38,507 nt of DNA from a virus (taxonomy: Duplodnaviria > Caudoviricetes). A model generated the notes under the pieces. That model saw nothing but the letters and a program-made list of their open reading frames with translations, did not search any database and had not been told where the DNA came from. The DNA lies in the IMG/VR virus record IMGVR_UViG_3300017780_002882, positions 1-38,507 of that record. One strand, given 5' to 3'. A program made the position numbers and the translations under genes. Below are positions 1 through 8,774 of this stretch, piece after piece; within the stretch, counting starts at the first letter, position 1; each line of letters starts with the position of its first letter.

Positions 1-246
1 CTTGATCGTTGACGCTGGCAATACTTTTTCATCTGTGCGCAGGGCTAGGAGAATGGCGTTTTGGCGATACAGCGCGGTTACAGAATGATTGCTAGACGGA
101 TCAACCCAGCCAGTGGACGACATTTGCATCGGATCGCACGGATTGAACGTAAAGTCATTAAATAGATCCTGAATCAGAAATTCAGCCGAACCGACAAACG
201 GATTAACATCAGCAAGACTGTAAACACGTAAATTTTTAAACCACAT
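1..246 (-). CDS. rdgC: Recombination-associated protein RdgC (N-terminal part; runs off the window edge)
   Basis: Manual translation MWFKNLRVYSL...FNPCDPMQMSSTGWVDP...LLALRTDEKVLPASTIK, the typical RdgC N-terminus; SD AAGGAG upstream; not in ORF track. Confidence 0.9.
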   Translation of the reverse strand, partial: MWFKNLRVYSLADVNPFVGSAEFLIQDLFNDFTFNPCDPMQMSSTGWVDPSSNHSVTALYRQNAILLALRTDEKVLPASTIK

Positions 247-320
247 TTTTAAATCTCCTTGTGAGCCTTCAATATAGCAAAGTTATTTCTTAAAAGAAAC
301 TGTTATTTTGATAGTGTTGT

Positions 321-344
321 AAAAAAGCCCAACTTAATGGGCTT
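321..344 (-). terminator. Intrinsic terminator after ssb
   Basis: AAGCCCA/TGGGCTT stem followed by a T-run on the minus strand. Confidence 0.75.
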
Positions 345-366
345 AGGTTGTTGATTAATTACGATG

Positions 367-810
367 CTAGAAAGGAATATCGTCAGAAAAATCGTCGAAG
401 TTGCGCGACGGTGGCGCTGCCTGCTGTTGCGCTGGCGCTCGTTGCTGCTGTGCTGGTGCTTGCTGGCCTTCCTGCTTGCCGCCTAGCATCTTCATTTCGT
501 CGCAAACGATCTCGGTCACGTATTTATCCGCGCCTGTCTGCTTATCCTGATACTTTCGAGTTTTAATCTTTCCCTCAAGATAAACGCTCGACCCCTTTGT
601 TAGGTATTGCCCTGCGATTTCAGCTAGTTTGCCGTACATCGTAATATTGTGCCAAGTCGTCTCTTCTTGCTTAGCGCCGGACTGCTTATCCTTCCAGCTT
701 TCCGTGGTGGCTACCGAGAAATTGCATACCGCGTTCCCGTTTGGCATAAATTTTACTTCTGGATCTTTGCCCAAATTGCCAATGATGAGGCATTTATTTA
801 AACTGGCCAT
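367..810 (-). CDS. ssb: Single-stranded DNA-binding protein
   Basis: [16 protein letters not shown]-fold start, Q/P-rich linker, acidic DDIPF tail. Confidence 0.97.
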   Translation of the reverse strand: MASLNKCLIIGNLGKDPEVKFMPNGNAVCNFSVATTESWKDKQSGAKQEETTWHNITMYGKLAEIAGQYLTKGSSVYLEGKIKTRKYQDKQTGADKYVTEIVCDEMKMLGGKQEGQQAPAQQQRAPAQQQAAPPSRNFDDFSDDIPF

Positions 811-1324
811 TTTTATTCCTTTTTCTAAACGGGTGATTTTCTAAAGCATGAATTCGTGAGTGCTGTGATTTTGTGCACAGCATTAGATTGCATATTTCAT
901 TATTTTCTTTGTTGTGGTCAATGTGGTGAACAACTTCGTAGGCAAATATCCTTCTTCCTATTTTTTGCTCCATTGCAACAACATGCACACTTCTTCCTTT
1001 GTGTTCTCCTCTCGTGTATTCAATATAGCCACTAGGTTTTTTAGAAACCCCCTTGGCTGTTTTTTCACCAAGAATCAATTTCGATTTTGAAATTTTTAAC
1101 TTCCACTCTTCGGTAAGCGGTCTTTTTTTCCCACGAAGACCAGAGCCAAGCTTTCCTTTTTTTGCTGCGATCCTTATTGCGTCCGCTCTACTTCTTAGAA
1201 CTCCTTTCTTTTTTAAAGCGCAACGCACACTTGACTGCGGTATTCCTGATAGCTTGCTTATTTCAGGAATGCTCATTTCTCCATCTACGTACATGCTGAC
1301 AATATCCATTTCTATACCAACCAA
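794..1324 (-). CDS. HNH homing endonuclease with N-terminal HTH and NUMOD3-like motif
   Basis: [17 protein letters not shown]...H motif; AT-rich; overlaps the ssb start. Confidence 0.85.
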   Translation of the reverse strand: MVGIEMDIVSMYVDGEMSIPEISKLSGIPQSSVRCALKKKGVLRSRADAIRIAAKKGKLGSGLRGKKRPLTEEWKLKISKSKLILGEKTAKGVSKKPSGYIEYTRGEHKGRSVHVVAMEQKIGRRIFAYEVVHHIDHNKENNEICNLMLCTKSQHSRIHALENHPFRKRNKNGQFK

Positions 1325-1410
1325 GTTATTGTTAGTACATTATACGACAAGAATTACAATATTTGAACAATTACTTTATTTAAGCTTGCCATTTGATACC
1401 CTTTATTAAA

Positions 1411-1794
1411 TTAGTATTTTTTGCCGCCATCAGCAGCGCGGTTTTCAATCTTGTGGTCTGATCGTTTGGCGTTGAATTCCAACTTTTCAGCGATAGCGCC
1501 ACCAATATCCATATTCATCGCGCCTGCAAGGTCAAAGATGCGAATAACAGCGTCCGCTAACTCTACCTCAATCATCTTGCGATGCGGAAGTTTATCGTCC
1601 ATAAGGCCCTTACGATGCCCTTCCATTGCCTCGCTGATTTCTGAATGAACAAGGCAAAGCTTTTCTGCGACATTAAAGCTTAGTCGTAAATCTTCGCCCG
1701 TCTGTAAATTATTCCACCACCCAGACGCAGAGGCCGCGCCATGACAAACTGACGTTAGAAAATTACCAGCCTTTGAAACTTCTGATTCACTCAT
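1411..1794 (-). CDS. MazG-like nucleotide pyrophosphohydrolase
   Basis: LVHSEISEAMEG...EVELADAVIRIFDL acidic helical motifs. Confidence 0.85.
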   Translation of the reverse strand: MSESEVSKAGNFLTSVCHGAASASGWWNNLQTGEDLRLSFNVAEKLCLVHSEISEAMEGHRKGLMDDKLPHRKMIEVELADAVIRIFDLAGAMNMDIGGAIAEKLEFNAKRSDHKIENRAADGGKKY

Positions 1795-1805
1795 AAATTA
1801 CCCTT

Positions 1806-2453
1806 TTAGAATTGATGCGCGGCATTGATCCGCTCGATTTGTTGCAAAATGTATTCTTGTGCTTTCTTTGCTTTGCTCAAAAGCTTTTGTTCATCTTCAG
1901 GGTTTCGATCAAAACTCCAGATTGTAACCCGCATGTTTTCCGGAACGTGAGAGACGCAGTGCAGATCGGCCTGCTCGTATGCGCAAAGCGCTTCGGGCGT
2001 ATCTACCAGACAATAGGCCACTTGATAGCGCGGCTTGTCGTACAGCAGCATGTATTGCACGCCCTGCCAATAATACTGATCGTTCTCGCCATCTTCTGGC
2101 GTTGCGGGGAACGTGTCTAGCGAGTAGCTCGATTTGATATCAACAATCACATCGTCGCCGAGAATGTCGCACTCGCCCGTTAGCAAGTCAGTATTAATGC
2201 GCGTTTCGTTTTTTGTGTAGTCTGTAAAAAACACACGGTTAAAAAGATCAATCGAATCTTGCTCACACTCTAAACCTTTCTTTATTGGCTTAGTGTTTAG
2301 CTCTGCTCGATATGAATAAACAATCTCTTTTGCAAGCTTGTTGAGCGCGGTTTTCGCGCCCTCAGATAAATTTCCAGCCTCTTTATCGATTTTGAGCTTG
2401 GGATCGCTCATGATCTTTCCGATAAAGCTCGCACGAATTAATGGTGCCTTCAT
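1806..2453 (-). CDS. PD-(D/E)XK (YqaJ/lambda-exo-like) exonuclease
   Basis: IRAS, G..CE, GECD, DIKSS, YYWQ..QYM motifs; adjacent to the annealase. Confidence 0.85.
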   Translation of the reverse strand: MKAPLIRASFIGKIMSDPKLKIDKEAGNLSEGAKTALNKLAKEIVYSYRAELNTKPIKKGLECEQDSIDLFNRVFFTDYTKNETRINTDLLTGECDILGDDVIVDIKSSYSLDTFPATPEDGENDQYYWQGVQYMLLYDKPRYQVAYCLVDTPEALCAYEQADLHCVSHVPENMRVTIWSFDRNPEDEQKLLSKAKKAQEYILQQIERINAAHQF

Positions 2454-3124
2454 TGCATCTTCTCCACTTGTTCGCGCTGCTCTGCTGTCAGCGCATAAGC
2501 AAGGATTTTTTCCTTGGTCGTTTTTCCATCATTGATCGCGGCAATTGCAGCCATGAATCGATCATTTGTGAGCGGCTCTTTTGCCACAATCGACTTCGCT
2601 AGCTCGTTTTTCTTTTGCGTCACGGCCTTCTCTGTTGATTTATCCATTGCACCATTAGCAGCAATCACCAGCGCCTTGTGCGCGGCATTTAATTCATCCA
2701 GTGTCTTTGCTGATTCCATCGTTGCAAGATATGGCGCGGTATCGAATTCGTCATAAGCTGATGAATCAACACCTTCATGCTCAAGGATATCCAGCGCAGA
2801 CATCCATACATAACGGCGCTGGTACGTTTGCACCGCCCCAATGTTCTGTACAACGTGGCATCCCTTTAAATCGGCACTACCGAACGGCGAAGTAATGACA
2901 ATGGGCGCAATATCCAGCTCGGTGTCATAGATTGACAACGTTGCAAACTCAGATGTGAAACTAACAACACCACAAAGGCCGATCTTCTCAAAAATAACGA
3001 TAGCTGCGGGCATAAAATCCCCGAGCTCAAAAAACAGCTTGCCGTTATTTTTTCCCGTTTTCTTTAGCTGCATTTCGTGCAACATAACACGCGCTTTTTG
3101 CAGCTTTCCGTGAATTAGGCTCAT
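2450..3124 (-). CDS. ERF-family ssDNA annealing protein
   Basis: KKTGKN...FELGD and QNIGAVQTYQRRY motifs. Confidence 0.8.
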   Translation of the reverse strand: MSLIHGKLQKARVMLHEMQLKKTGKNNGKLFFELGDFMPAAIVIFEKIGLCGVVSFTSEFATLSIYDTELDIAPIVITSPFGSADLKGCHVVQNIGAVQTYQRRYVWMSALDILEHEGVDSSAYDEFDTAPYLATMESAKTLDELNAAHKALVIAANGAMDKSTEKAVTQKKNELAKSIVAKEPLTNDRFMAAIAAINDGKTTKEKILAYALTAEQREQVEKMQ

Positions 3125-3396
3125 GCCGTCGCCCCGAAGTCGTGGACAATATCAGATTGCCAAGTATTCAAAATATCTTGCTCAGCCTTGCTCAGCTCGC
3201 AGCCTTCACTACTCGCCGTCAATCGTTCACCAGTGCGCACGATCTCTTTGGCGTACTCGACAGCGTGGGCGATTTGCTCGGCTGCTGCGTCTTGATTGTC
3301 GGGCAAGTCAGCAGTTAATAAGCGCAACTTATGCAGCGCAATAGCGCAAGAAGAAAGTGATTCGTCTAGTGATTGAACATCTGTCCATTTAATCAT
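3121..3396 (-). CDS. Hypothetical protein
   Basis: ORF track; start moved to ATG 3396 after SD GAGGTG; ATGA overlap with the next gene. Confidence 0.7.
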   Translation of the reverse strand: MIKWTDVQSLDESLSSCAIALHKLRLLTADLPDNQDAAAEQIAHAVEYAKEIVRTGERLTASSEGCELSKAEQDILNTWQSDIVHDFGATA

Positions 3397-3404
3397 TTCA
3401 CACC

Positions 3405-3524
3405 TCAAAGATATTTAACAAGCGCGACAACTGCCGCAACTAAAACGATATAAAGCACGATTCGAGTAAGCTCACAATAGAAGCAAGCTTTCGGCTCTAA
3501 CTCCTTGTACACATGGTCTTTCAT
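3405..3524 (-). CDS. 39-aa small membrane protein
   Basis: MKDHVYKELEPKACFYCELTRIVLYIVLVAAVVALVKYL; ATGA-coupled; one TM helix. Confidence 0.6.
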   Translation of the reverse strand: MKDHVYKELEPKACFYCELTRIVLYIVLVAAVVALVKYL

Positions 3525-3682
3525 TTAAAATTCTCCACTCTCTCTAGCGTTAATTTGTCGCCAGCGAAACTCACTAAGCGAAACCCGTTTACCTTAATTG
3601 CCAGCATAATGTCCCTGTACCCTACTGCGAAAGTAGGATCACGCCAAAGCATCTGAATAAACGCTTCATCGTTACACATCAT
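3521..3682 (-). CDS. 53-aa hypothetical protein
   Basis: MMCNDEAFIQMLWRDPTF...; overlaps both neighbours. Confidence 0.55.
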   Translation of the reverse strand: MMCNDEAFIQMLWRDPTFAVGYRDIMLAIKVNGFRLVSFAGDKLTLERVENFK

Positions 3683-3827
3683 CTTCACTTAACTCATAAC
3701 CGCATTCCGCGCATACATCGCAGTTTGCGTCCTGCCAAATCTGTAAACACGCAGGGCATTGAAACAAATCGCCCTCCATAAATCTATCGATGTCATCTGG
3801 CGTACAGCCATCCGGTAAATTGCTCAT
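3672..3827 (-). CDS. 51-aa zinc-ribbon-like protein
   Basis: MSNLPDGCTPDDID...CPAC...CDVCAEC; SD AAGGGGG. Confidence 0.65.
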   Translation of the reverse strand: MSNLPDGCTPDDIDRFMEGDLFQCPACLQIWQDANCDVCAECGYELSEDDV

Positions 3828-3846
3828 TTTATCCCCCTTACAAACT

Positions 3847-4082
3847 AGGCAGCATTCATCGTGCTACCGATTAAAAACAACCTGCAAATTGATTGGATTC
3901 GTGAATGCTGCCTGCTTTGTGCTGGCCTTTAGTGTTGCCAGCGCGGACAGATTGCGATGCGCTCGCTGAGCGTTAACCCGCCGTAAGTCGCGGTCACTTT
4001 GAAACTCTATCAATGTTAAAGATCGGTGGCGGTGTGTTGCTGCCATGGACTTAAATATACGCAACTCGTTTCCTTGGCGCAA
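3847..4082 (-). promoter_or_regulatory. Leftward early promoter and leader with boxA-like site and long stem
   Basis: TTGCGC-N17-TATATT (4082-4054); CGATCTTTAACATT (4025-4012); 12-bp inverted repeat 3847-3858/3902-3913. Confidence 0.7.
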
Positions 4083-4164
4083 GTTTTATTTTCATTTATT
4101 TTTAATTGTTGTTGTTTCGGCGTGGAAAGGTTAATATACAGATATTACTAACGGAGATTTAAAA

Positions 4165-4404
4165 ATGACAACCAAACAAGTGCGCATAAATTCATTGCTT
4201 TCAACGGATCAGATTAAGACTGGTGACTTGCTGATAATTAGCGACGGCGAGACGGTTATTAACGCCACTGCAAAAATCGTACAGGTTACAGATCGTGATG
4301 GTACTGAGATAATTTTCAATAAAAAGAAAAACAAGTATTTCAATGTCGGAATGTACCTAGCTGGCAAGTCATGGGCTAAGTCTGTTTTTGTAGTTACAAT
4401 TTAA
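4165..4404 (+). CDS. Hypothetical protein, first gene of the rightward operon
   Basis: ORF with SD GGAG. Confidence 0.7.
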   Translation: MTTKQVRINSLLSTDQIKTGDLLIISDGETVINATAKIVQVTDRDGTEIIFNKKKNKYFNVGMYLAGKSWAKSVFVVTI

Positions 4405-4419
4405 AGAAAAAGGTTAAAC

Positions 4420-4584
4420 ATGACAGTGCAAGAACTAGCAAAACAGATCGGAGTTTCAATTCAGTATATCCGCTGGGTTATTCGTCAAGGCCACATCAAA
4501 GCGCGGAAACACGGCAATTGCTGGCTGATCGATAAAAAGAGCGCGGCCGCGTTTGTTGATGCTCGGAAAAATAAAGAGGAGTAA
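4420..4584 (+). CDS. Excisionase-like winged HTH protein (54 aa)
   Basis: MTVQELAKQIGVSIQYIRWVIRQGHIKARKHGNCWLID; not in ORF track. Confidence 0.85.
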   Translation: MTVQELAKQIGVSIQYIRWVIRQGHIKARKHGNCWLIDKKSAAAFVDARKNKEE

Positions 4585-4602
4585 ACCTGAAATAATAACC
4601 AC

Positions 4603-4623
4603 AGCCCTTCGGGGCTTTTTTTT
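4603..4623 (+). terminator. Intrinsic terminator
   Basis: AGCCC-TTCG-GGGCT followed by a T-run. Confidence 0.85.
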
Positions 4624-4716
4624 CGTTCAAAATTTCTGAACAACTAGTTCAAATCTTTTCAATTTCATGTTTCCGGTGGATTGCATAAGATGATGGCTCA
4701 CAAACGGAGAAGCAAA

Positions 4717-5427
4717 ATGATGAATTTAGCAAATATCAAATCAACACAGACAATTACTACGCTGCAATTGCGCGACATGATTAACGGCGCGCGCGCTCAG
4801 GCCGGTGAGCTGGCTATTTCAAATACGCATTTTATTGATAAAGTTCGCGACGAGCTTGATTTGAGGGATGATAACTTTTTTACTATCCCTCACGAACAAA
4901 ACCACAAGCATCAGTCTGTCGCTGTAATCACTATCGAACAAGCTACCCTTGTAGGTATGCGAGAATCAAAGGGTGTGCGCCGTGCCGTGCTAGACGTGCT
5001 GAAAGAGTTGACTCACAGCGACGAAACGCCAGCTTTGCCACAAGACTACATCAGCGCATTAAAAGCCCTTGTAGCGTCAGAGGAAGCCAAGCAATCAGCA
5101 TTGCATCAACTATCACTGGCCGCGCCTAAAGCCGAATTCGTTGATTCATACGTTGCCGCGACATCGGGCAGCCAGACATTCCGACAAGTTTGCAAATTAC
5201 TTGGAGCGAACGAGGGCCAATTCCGCGCATTCCTCGTTAAAGAAGGCGTGATGTATAAGCTGAACGGCGAATGGACACCGACTGCATATCACATCAACAT
5301 GGGCCGCTTTGAGGTGCGCACTGGCATAAATCCTCACTCGAAACACGCTTATTCATCAGCACTGTTTACGGCTAAGGGCGTGGCGTGGGTGTCGGCCGAA
5401 TGGGTGAAGTATAAGCAAGCAAATTAA
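4717..5427 (+). CDS. Phage antirepressor (KilAC/Ant C-terminal domain)
   Basis: MRESK.VRRAV, LPQDYISALKAL, APKAEFVD, FTAKGVAW motifs; start after SD GGAG. Confidence 0.88.
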   Translation: MMNLANIKSTQTITTLQLRDMINGARAQAGELAISNTHFIDKVRDELDLRDDNFFTIPHEQNHKHQSVAVITIEQATLVGMRESKGVRRAVLDVLKELTHSDETPALPQDYISALKALVASEEAKQSALHQLSLAAPKAEFVDSYVAATSGSQTFRQVCKLLGANEGQFRAFLVKEGVMYKLNGEWTPTAYHINMGRFEVRTGINPHSKHAYSSALFTAKGVAWVSAEWVKYKQAN

Positions 5428-5431
5428 CACT

Positions 5432-5451
5432 AGCGCCTTCGGGCGTTTTTT
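5432..5451 (+). terminator. Intrinsic terminator
   Basis: GCGCC-TTCG-GGCGT followed by a T-run. Confidence 0.8.
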
Positions 5452-5528
5452 ACGTCTAAATACAATAAAACGCTTTACATGTGATTTACTTTAAGTAATA
5501 ATGATTCACACACAACAGGAGAGTAAAA

Positions 5529-5672
5529 ATGCTTCACAGTATCAAATACCCGTTAGAGCTTTGGAATCGAATTAACGCTTTCAAGGACAAAGAAAACCGT
5601 TCTTTTGCTGGTGCTGTAAAGCATCTTGTTCTGTTGGCGCTAGATGTGATTGACGCGAAGGAGCAAAAATAA
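5529..5672 (+). CDS. Arc-like ribbon-helix-helix regulator (47 aa)
   Basis: MLHSIKYPLELWNRINAFKDKENRSFAGAVKHLV; SD AGGAG; not in ORF track. Confidence 0.75.
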   Translation: MLHSIKYPLELWNRINAFKDKENRSFAGAVKHLVLLALDVIDAKEQK

Positions 5673-5896
5673 TGGACGTATTAAATAGTAATCCGCACAA
5701 AGGCATGGAGTTTGTGGATTTGTCTGCAGGAGTTTCTGGCCGAGCAGGGTTTGTTTGTCTGAGTCACGAAATGCCGTTATCGGGGAATGAGAATCTTTAT
5801 CTTCTTACGCCAAATCAGGCTCGTGATCTTGCTACTGAATTGCTTGATAGCGCTGACGAAGTAGATCCTGCTGGCGCTACTCCAAACGGACGATAA
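5672..5896 (+). CDS. Hypothetical protein
   Basis: TAATG coupling; LTPNQARDLA motif common in phage small proteins. Confidence 0.7.
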   Translation: MDVLNSNPHKGMEFVDLSAGVSGRAGFVCLSHEMPLSGNENLYLLTPNQARDLATELLDSADEVDPAGATPNGR

Positions 5897-5908
5897 TAGG
5901 AATAAATA

Positions 5909-6757
5909 ATGATTATCAGAGCAGAACGGCCAGACAGTAATTTTTATATTCTCGACAAGAAAATAAGCGAAGATAAAAAACTATCTTGGGGTGCGCGTGG
6001 GTTGTTGGTTTTCTTGCTTGGCAAGCCGGACAATTGGCAGGTAAGTACGCAGAACTTAATCAACGAAACATTGGGATCAGGCAAGCCGACAGCGCGTGAT
6101 GGCGTTCGGTCGCTGGTGAATGAATTGATTGAAGCTGGCTACATAAAACGATACCAAAGAAAGGGTGAATCAGGAAAGATTGAGGGCGTAAATTACCTTG
6201 TCAGTGAGGCGGCAAATCCAGAGACGCCAAAACCAGAGACGGCTAATCCGGCGACGGTTCATCCGGCGACGGCAAATCCCCCACTAATAAGAACTGAAAC
6301 ACCAACAAGTAATGAAACATCATCAATAACTGAAAAAACAGTAAAGCCCGCGAAAAATTCGCGCCCTATCCTCAAAGACCTGCAAGAGTTTGATCGGCTA
6401 ATTGATTTGGGTGTCGATGGTCAGATTGCAAAAGACTTTTTGGCAATCAGAAAGGCGAAGCGCGCGCCGTTAACTGAAACTGCACTGAAAGGAATCAACA
6501 AAGAAGCTGAAAAGGCTGGTTGGACACTGAATGAGGCTTTGAGCGAGTGCCTAGCTAGAGGTTGGCAATCTTTCAAGGCTGATTGGGTAAACAAGCCACA
6601 GCAGAAAGCCTACGTGAGCGAGAAGGAGAAAAGCCAAGCAGCAGCCCGTGCAACGTTCGCAGCGGCTGGCATTCACGGCATGGACTTCAACGATAACGAG
6701 CGCGTGATTCATGACTACGTTGAGCAACCAAAACTACAGGTAATTCACAATGCGTAA
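5909..6757 (+). CDS. Replication initiator (O-like)
   Basis: LSWGARGLLVFLL winged-helix N-terminus, internal repeats, C-terminal RKAKRAPLT...GWQSFKADW. Confidence 0.85.
   Translation: MIIRAERPDSNFYILDKKISEDKKLSWGARGLLVFLLGKPDNWQVSTQNLINETLGSGKPTARDGVRSLVNELIEAGYIKRYQRKGESGKIEGVNYLVSEAANPETPKPETANPATVHPATANPPLIRTETPTSNETSSITEKTVKPAKNSRPILKDLQEFDRLIDLGVDGQIAKDFLAIRKAKRAPLTETALKGINKEAEKAGWTLNEALSECLARGWQSFKADWVNKPQQKAYVSEKEKSQAAARATFAAAGIHGMDFNDNERVIHDYVEQPKLQVIHNA
6215..6340 (+). repeat. Putative replication origin: four 15-bp iterons plus AT-rich repeats
   Basis: AATCCAGAGACGCCA / AAACCAGAGACGGCT / AATCCGGCGACGGTT / CATCCGGCGACGGCA, then A-rich TGAAA repeats, all inside the initiator gene. 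Confidence 0.7.
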
Positions 6758-7544
6758 AACTTTGCCGCCAAAATGGGTAGATCAAATTTTCACTCGACTG
6801 CATGGCCGATTTGGTAACGTGTTTTTCGATAAGTTCCGATTGGGTTGCTTTTCTGAGAGTGGCGAAGACACTGGAATTGCAAACGCGAAGATTGTTTGGG
6901 GTGAAGAGCTTGGCGAACTGACTGGCGAAGATATTGCGCGTGGACTGTCTGCACAATTCAAGTTTGCGCCGAGCTGCGATGAGTTCCGCATGGCCTGCCA
7001 GTCACTTGTTCACGCCGATGGTCGCCCAACAGCAATCGAAGCCTGGGCGAAGCTGCCAAAGCGCGAATCAGACACGCGACTGGTCACGAATGAAATGGAT
7101 GAGGCCGCAGAAGGTTTGATGCAAATGATCGAATCTCGACATTCGACGGATCAAGCATCTGCCAAACAGATCTTTATCGAGCGCTACGATGCAAAGGTTA
7201 AAAGTGCGCGTGAACGACAAGTAAAAGCCGTGTGGCGCGTTTCAATGGGTACGGACTCACCAAGAGACGCAATTGCAAATGGATTGCTTCTGGGTGTGAT
7301 TACTCCTCAGTATTGCCTATCTATCGCAAGTCCTATTGAGGTCGATGCAGCGATTGAAACGGTTAAAATCAAGATTAAGCCAGAAAACAAAGCGGCGATT
7401 GCATTGCTCAACAGTCCTGAATTTAAGCTACTGGCCAAGCCAGAAGAAACGCCAGAGCAGCGCGAAGCCAGCAAAAAGAAAGCAGCGTCAGCGCGTGATG
7501 TGATCATGGGAATGATTAAGAAAATGGAGATCGGCAATGATTGA
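6750..7544 (+). CDS. Replication protein P-like (helicase loader/inhibitor)
   Basis: Follows the initiator; IFTRLHGRFG..F, W...L, FAPSCDEF, PTAIEAW motifs. Confidence 0.65.
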   Translation: MRKTLPPKWVDQIFTRLHGRFGNVFFDKFRLGCFSESGEDTGIANAKIVWGEELGELTGEDIARGLSAQFKFAPSCDEFRMACQSLVHADGRPTAIEAWAKLPKRESDTRLVTNEMDEAAEGLMQMIESRHSTDQASAKQIFIERYDAKVKSARERQVKAVWRVSMGTDSPRDAIANGLLLGVITPQYCLSIASPIEVDAAIETVKIKIKPENKAAIALLNSPEFKLLAKPEETPEQREASKKKAASARDVIMGMIKKMEIGND

Positions 7545-7809
7545 TGACTACGAGCAGGTGGCAATGAAAGACAAGGGGATTACCGCGCTTGGCGGCGCTG
7601 GACGCGTTGTTAATTCATCATCTGACACGTCAAACAGTGACGAATTAAAAGGATCACAGTACCGGAGTTGGGCGTATGACATCGCAGAAAATCCGGCAAA
7701 GTATGGCGCAATCAGTCTGCAGAAAGCCGCTTATGCGTTCGAGGAGTGGAGCTTGCAGATGCCGAAAAAGCTGGCCGCGCACATTCAAGAGATCGGGCTT
7801 AAGCTGTAA
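7537..7809 (+). CDS. Hypothetical protein
   Basis: Overlapping operon ORF. Confidence 0.6.
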   Translation: MIDDYEQVAMKDKGITALGGAGRVVNSSSDTSNSDELKGSQYRSWAYDIAENPAKYGAISLQKAAYAFEEWSLQMPKKLAAHIQEIGLKL

Positions 7810-7894
7810 AAACAACAACACTAAAAAATAAACTTGTTTCTTATCCGAAACTATAGTAAATTGACGTTATCGAAATTTAACCGGAGTGAAGAAG

Positions 7895-8101
7895 ATGAAT
7901 GCGATTGAATTGGCTGAGCAGCTTGTAAGTGAGTAGCATGAAGAATATATTAACTTTTACACGGCATTAGACGCAGCAGCAGAGCTTAAACGCCTATCCG
8001 CAATCGAGCAGGCCGCGCAAAAGGTTGTGTCGTGCCTGTCTGTATCGTTCTTTGAGCAAAACGTGCTAGAGCTAGCTAAACTATTGAAGGAATCGAAATA
8101 A
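7895..8101 (+). pseudogene. Small phage protein interrupted by an in-frame TAG (7934-7936)
   Basis: MNAIELAEQLVSE*HEEYINFYTALDAAAELKRLSAIE...; own SD GGAG; TAATG coupling to the next gene. Confidence 0.65.
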
Positions 8102-8376
8102 TGCTGTCAATCGAAAATCAAATCTCAACAGTGCAGGGTATGCTGCAAGATATTCATCGCCACGGATCAGACGCCACGCTGATTGAGTCTATCTTGAATT
8201 CGTTGGAGCGATTGCGTGATACTGAGGCGAAAGAGCCTGTGGCATGGTACTGGACGCACGAAACGAAGCCAGACCATGACATTGCATTTTTTGGGAATCC
8301 GAACCAAGACGACATTAAGCGAACGGGGCGAATCGTGGGTTATCTGTACGCCAGTGCCGCGCAGGTGAAGCAATAG
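8101..8376 (+). CDS. Hypothetical protein (EPVAW-motif family)
   Basis: EPVAW...LYA motif typical of lambdoid Ea/nin-region proteins. Confidence 0.7.
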   Translation: MLSIENQISTVQGMLQDIHRHGSDATLIESILNSLERLRDTEAKEPVAWYWTHETKPDHDIAFFGNPNQDDIKRTGRIVGYLYASAAQVKQ

Positions 8377-8774
8377 TGAAAAAGTTTTTCTTTCTAAAAT
8401 CAAAGGAGATCGCGCAGAACGCAGCGCGTTTCATCCTTGATCTGCCGTGCGATCCTGAGCATTATTTGTGTGTGGAGATTAAGGAGAAATCACGCAGCTT
8501 GGACCAGTCAGCCAAGCTTCACGCTATTTTCGGCGAGTTAGAGAAAAAGGCGATGTGGGACGGTGAGAAGCTTACCGATCTAGAGTGGAAAAACTTGATT
8601 ATCTCTGGGCACACGATAGCAACAAAGGCAGAGGTTAAGCTGGTGCGCGGGCTCGAGGGTGAGCTGGTTAATCTGCGTGAGTCCACAGCAAAGATGACCG
8701 TGGAGCGTATGTCGAGTTTGATAGAATACGTGCAGGCTTGGTGCGCAGAAAATGACGTGAGTTTGTCGCGCTAG
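8376..8774 (+). CDS. ninB: NinB/YbcN family recombination protein
   Basis: RSLDQSAKLHA, W.GEKL...EWK, STAKM....MSSLIEY motifs. Confidence 0.9.
   Translation: MKKFFFLKSKEIAQNAARFILDLPCDPEHYLCVEIKEKSRSLDQSAKLHAIFGELEKKAMWDGEKLTDLEWKNLIISGHTIATKAEVKLVRGLEGELVNLRESTAKMTVERMSSLIEYVQAWCAENDVSLSR

Noticed and set aside
3864-4082. 72-aa ORF from the track
   Set aside because: Its start lies in the -35 box of the promoter, it has no SD, and the region is better explained as a structured leader
6215-6275. CRISPR-like or DGR repeats
   Set aside because: Tandem in-frame 15-mers without spacers; no cas or reverse transcriptase gene in the window
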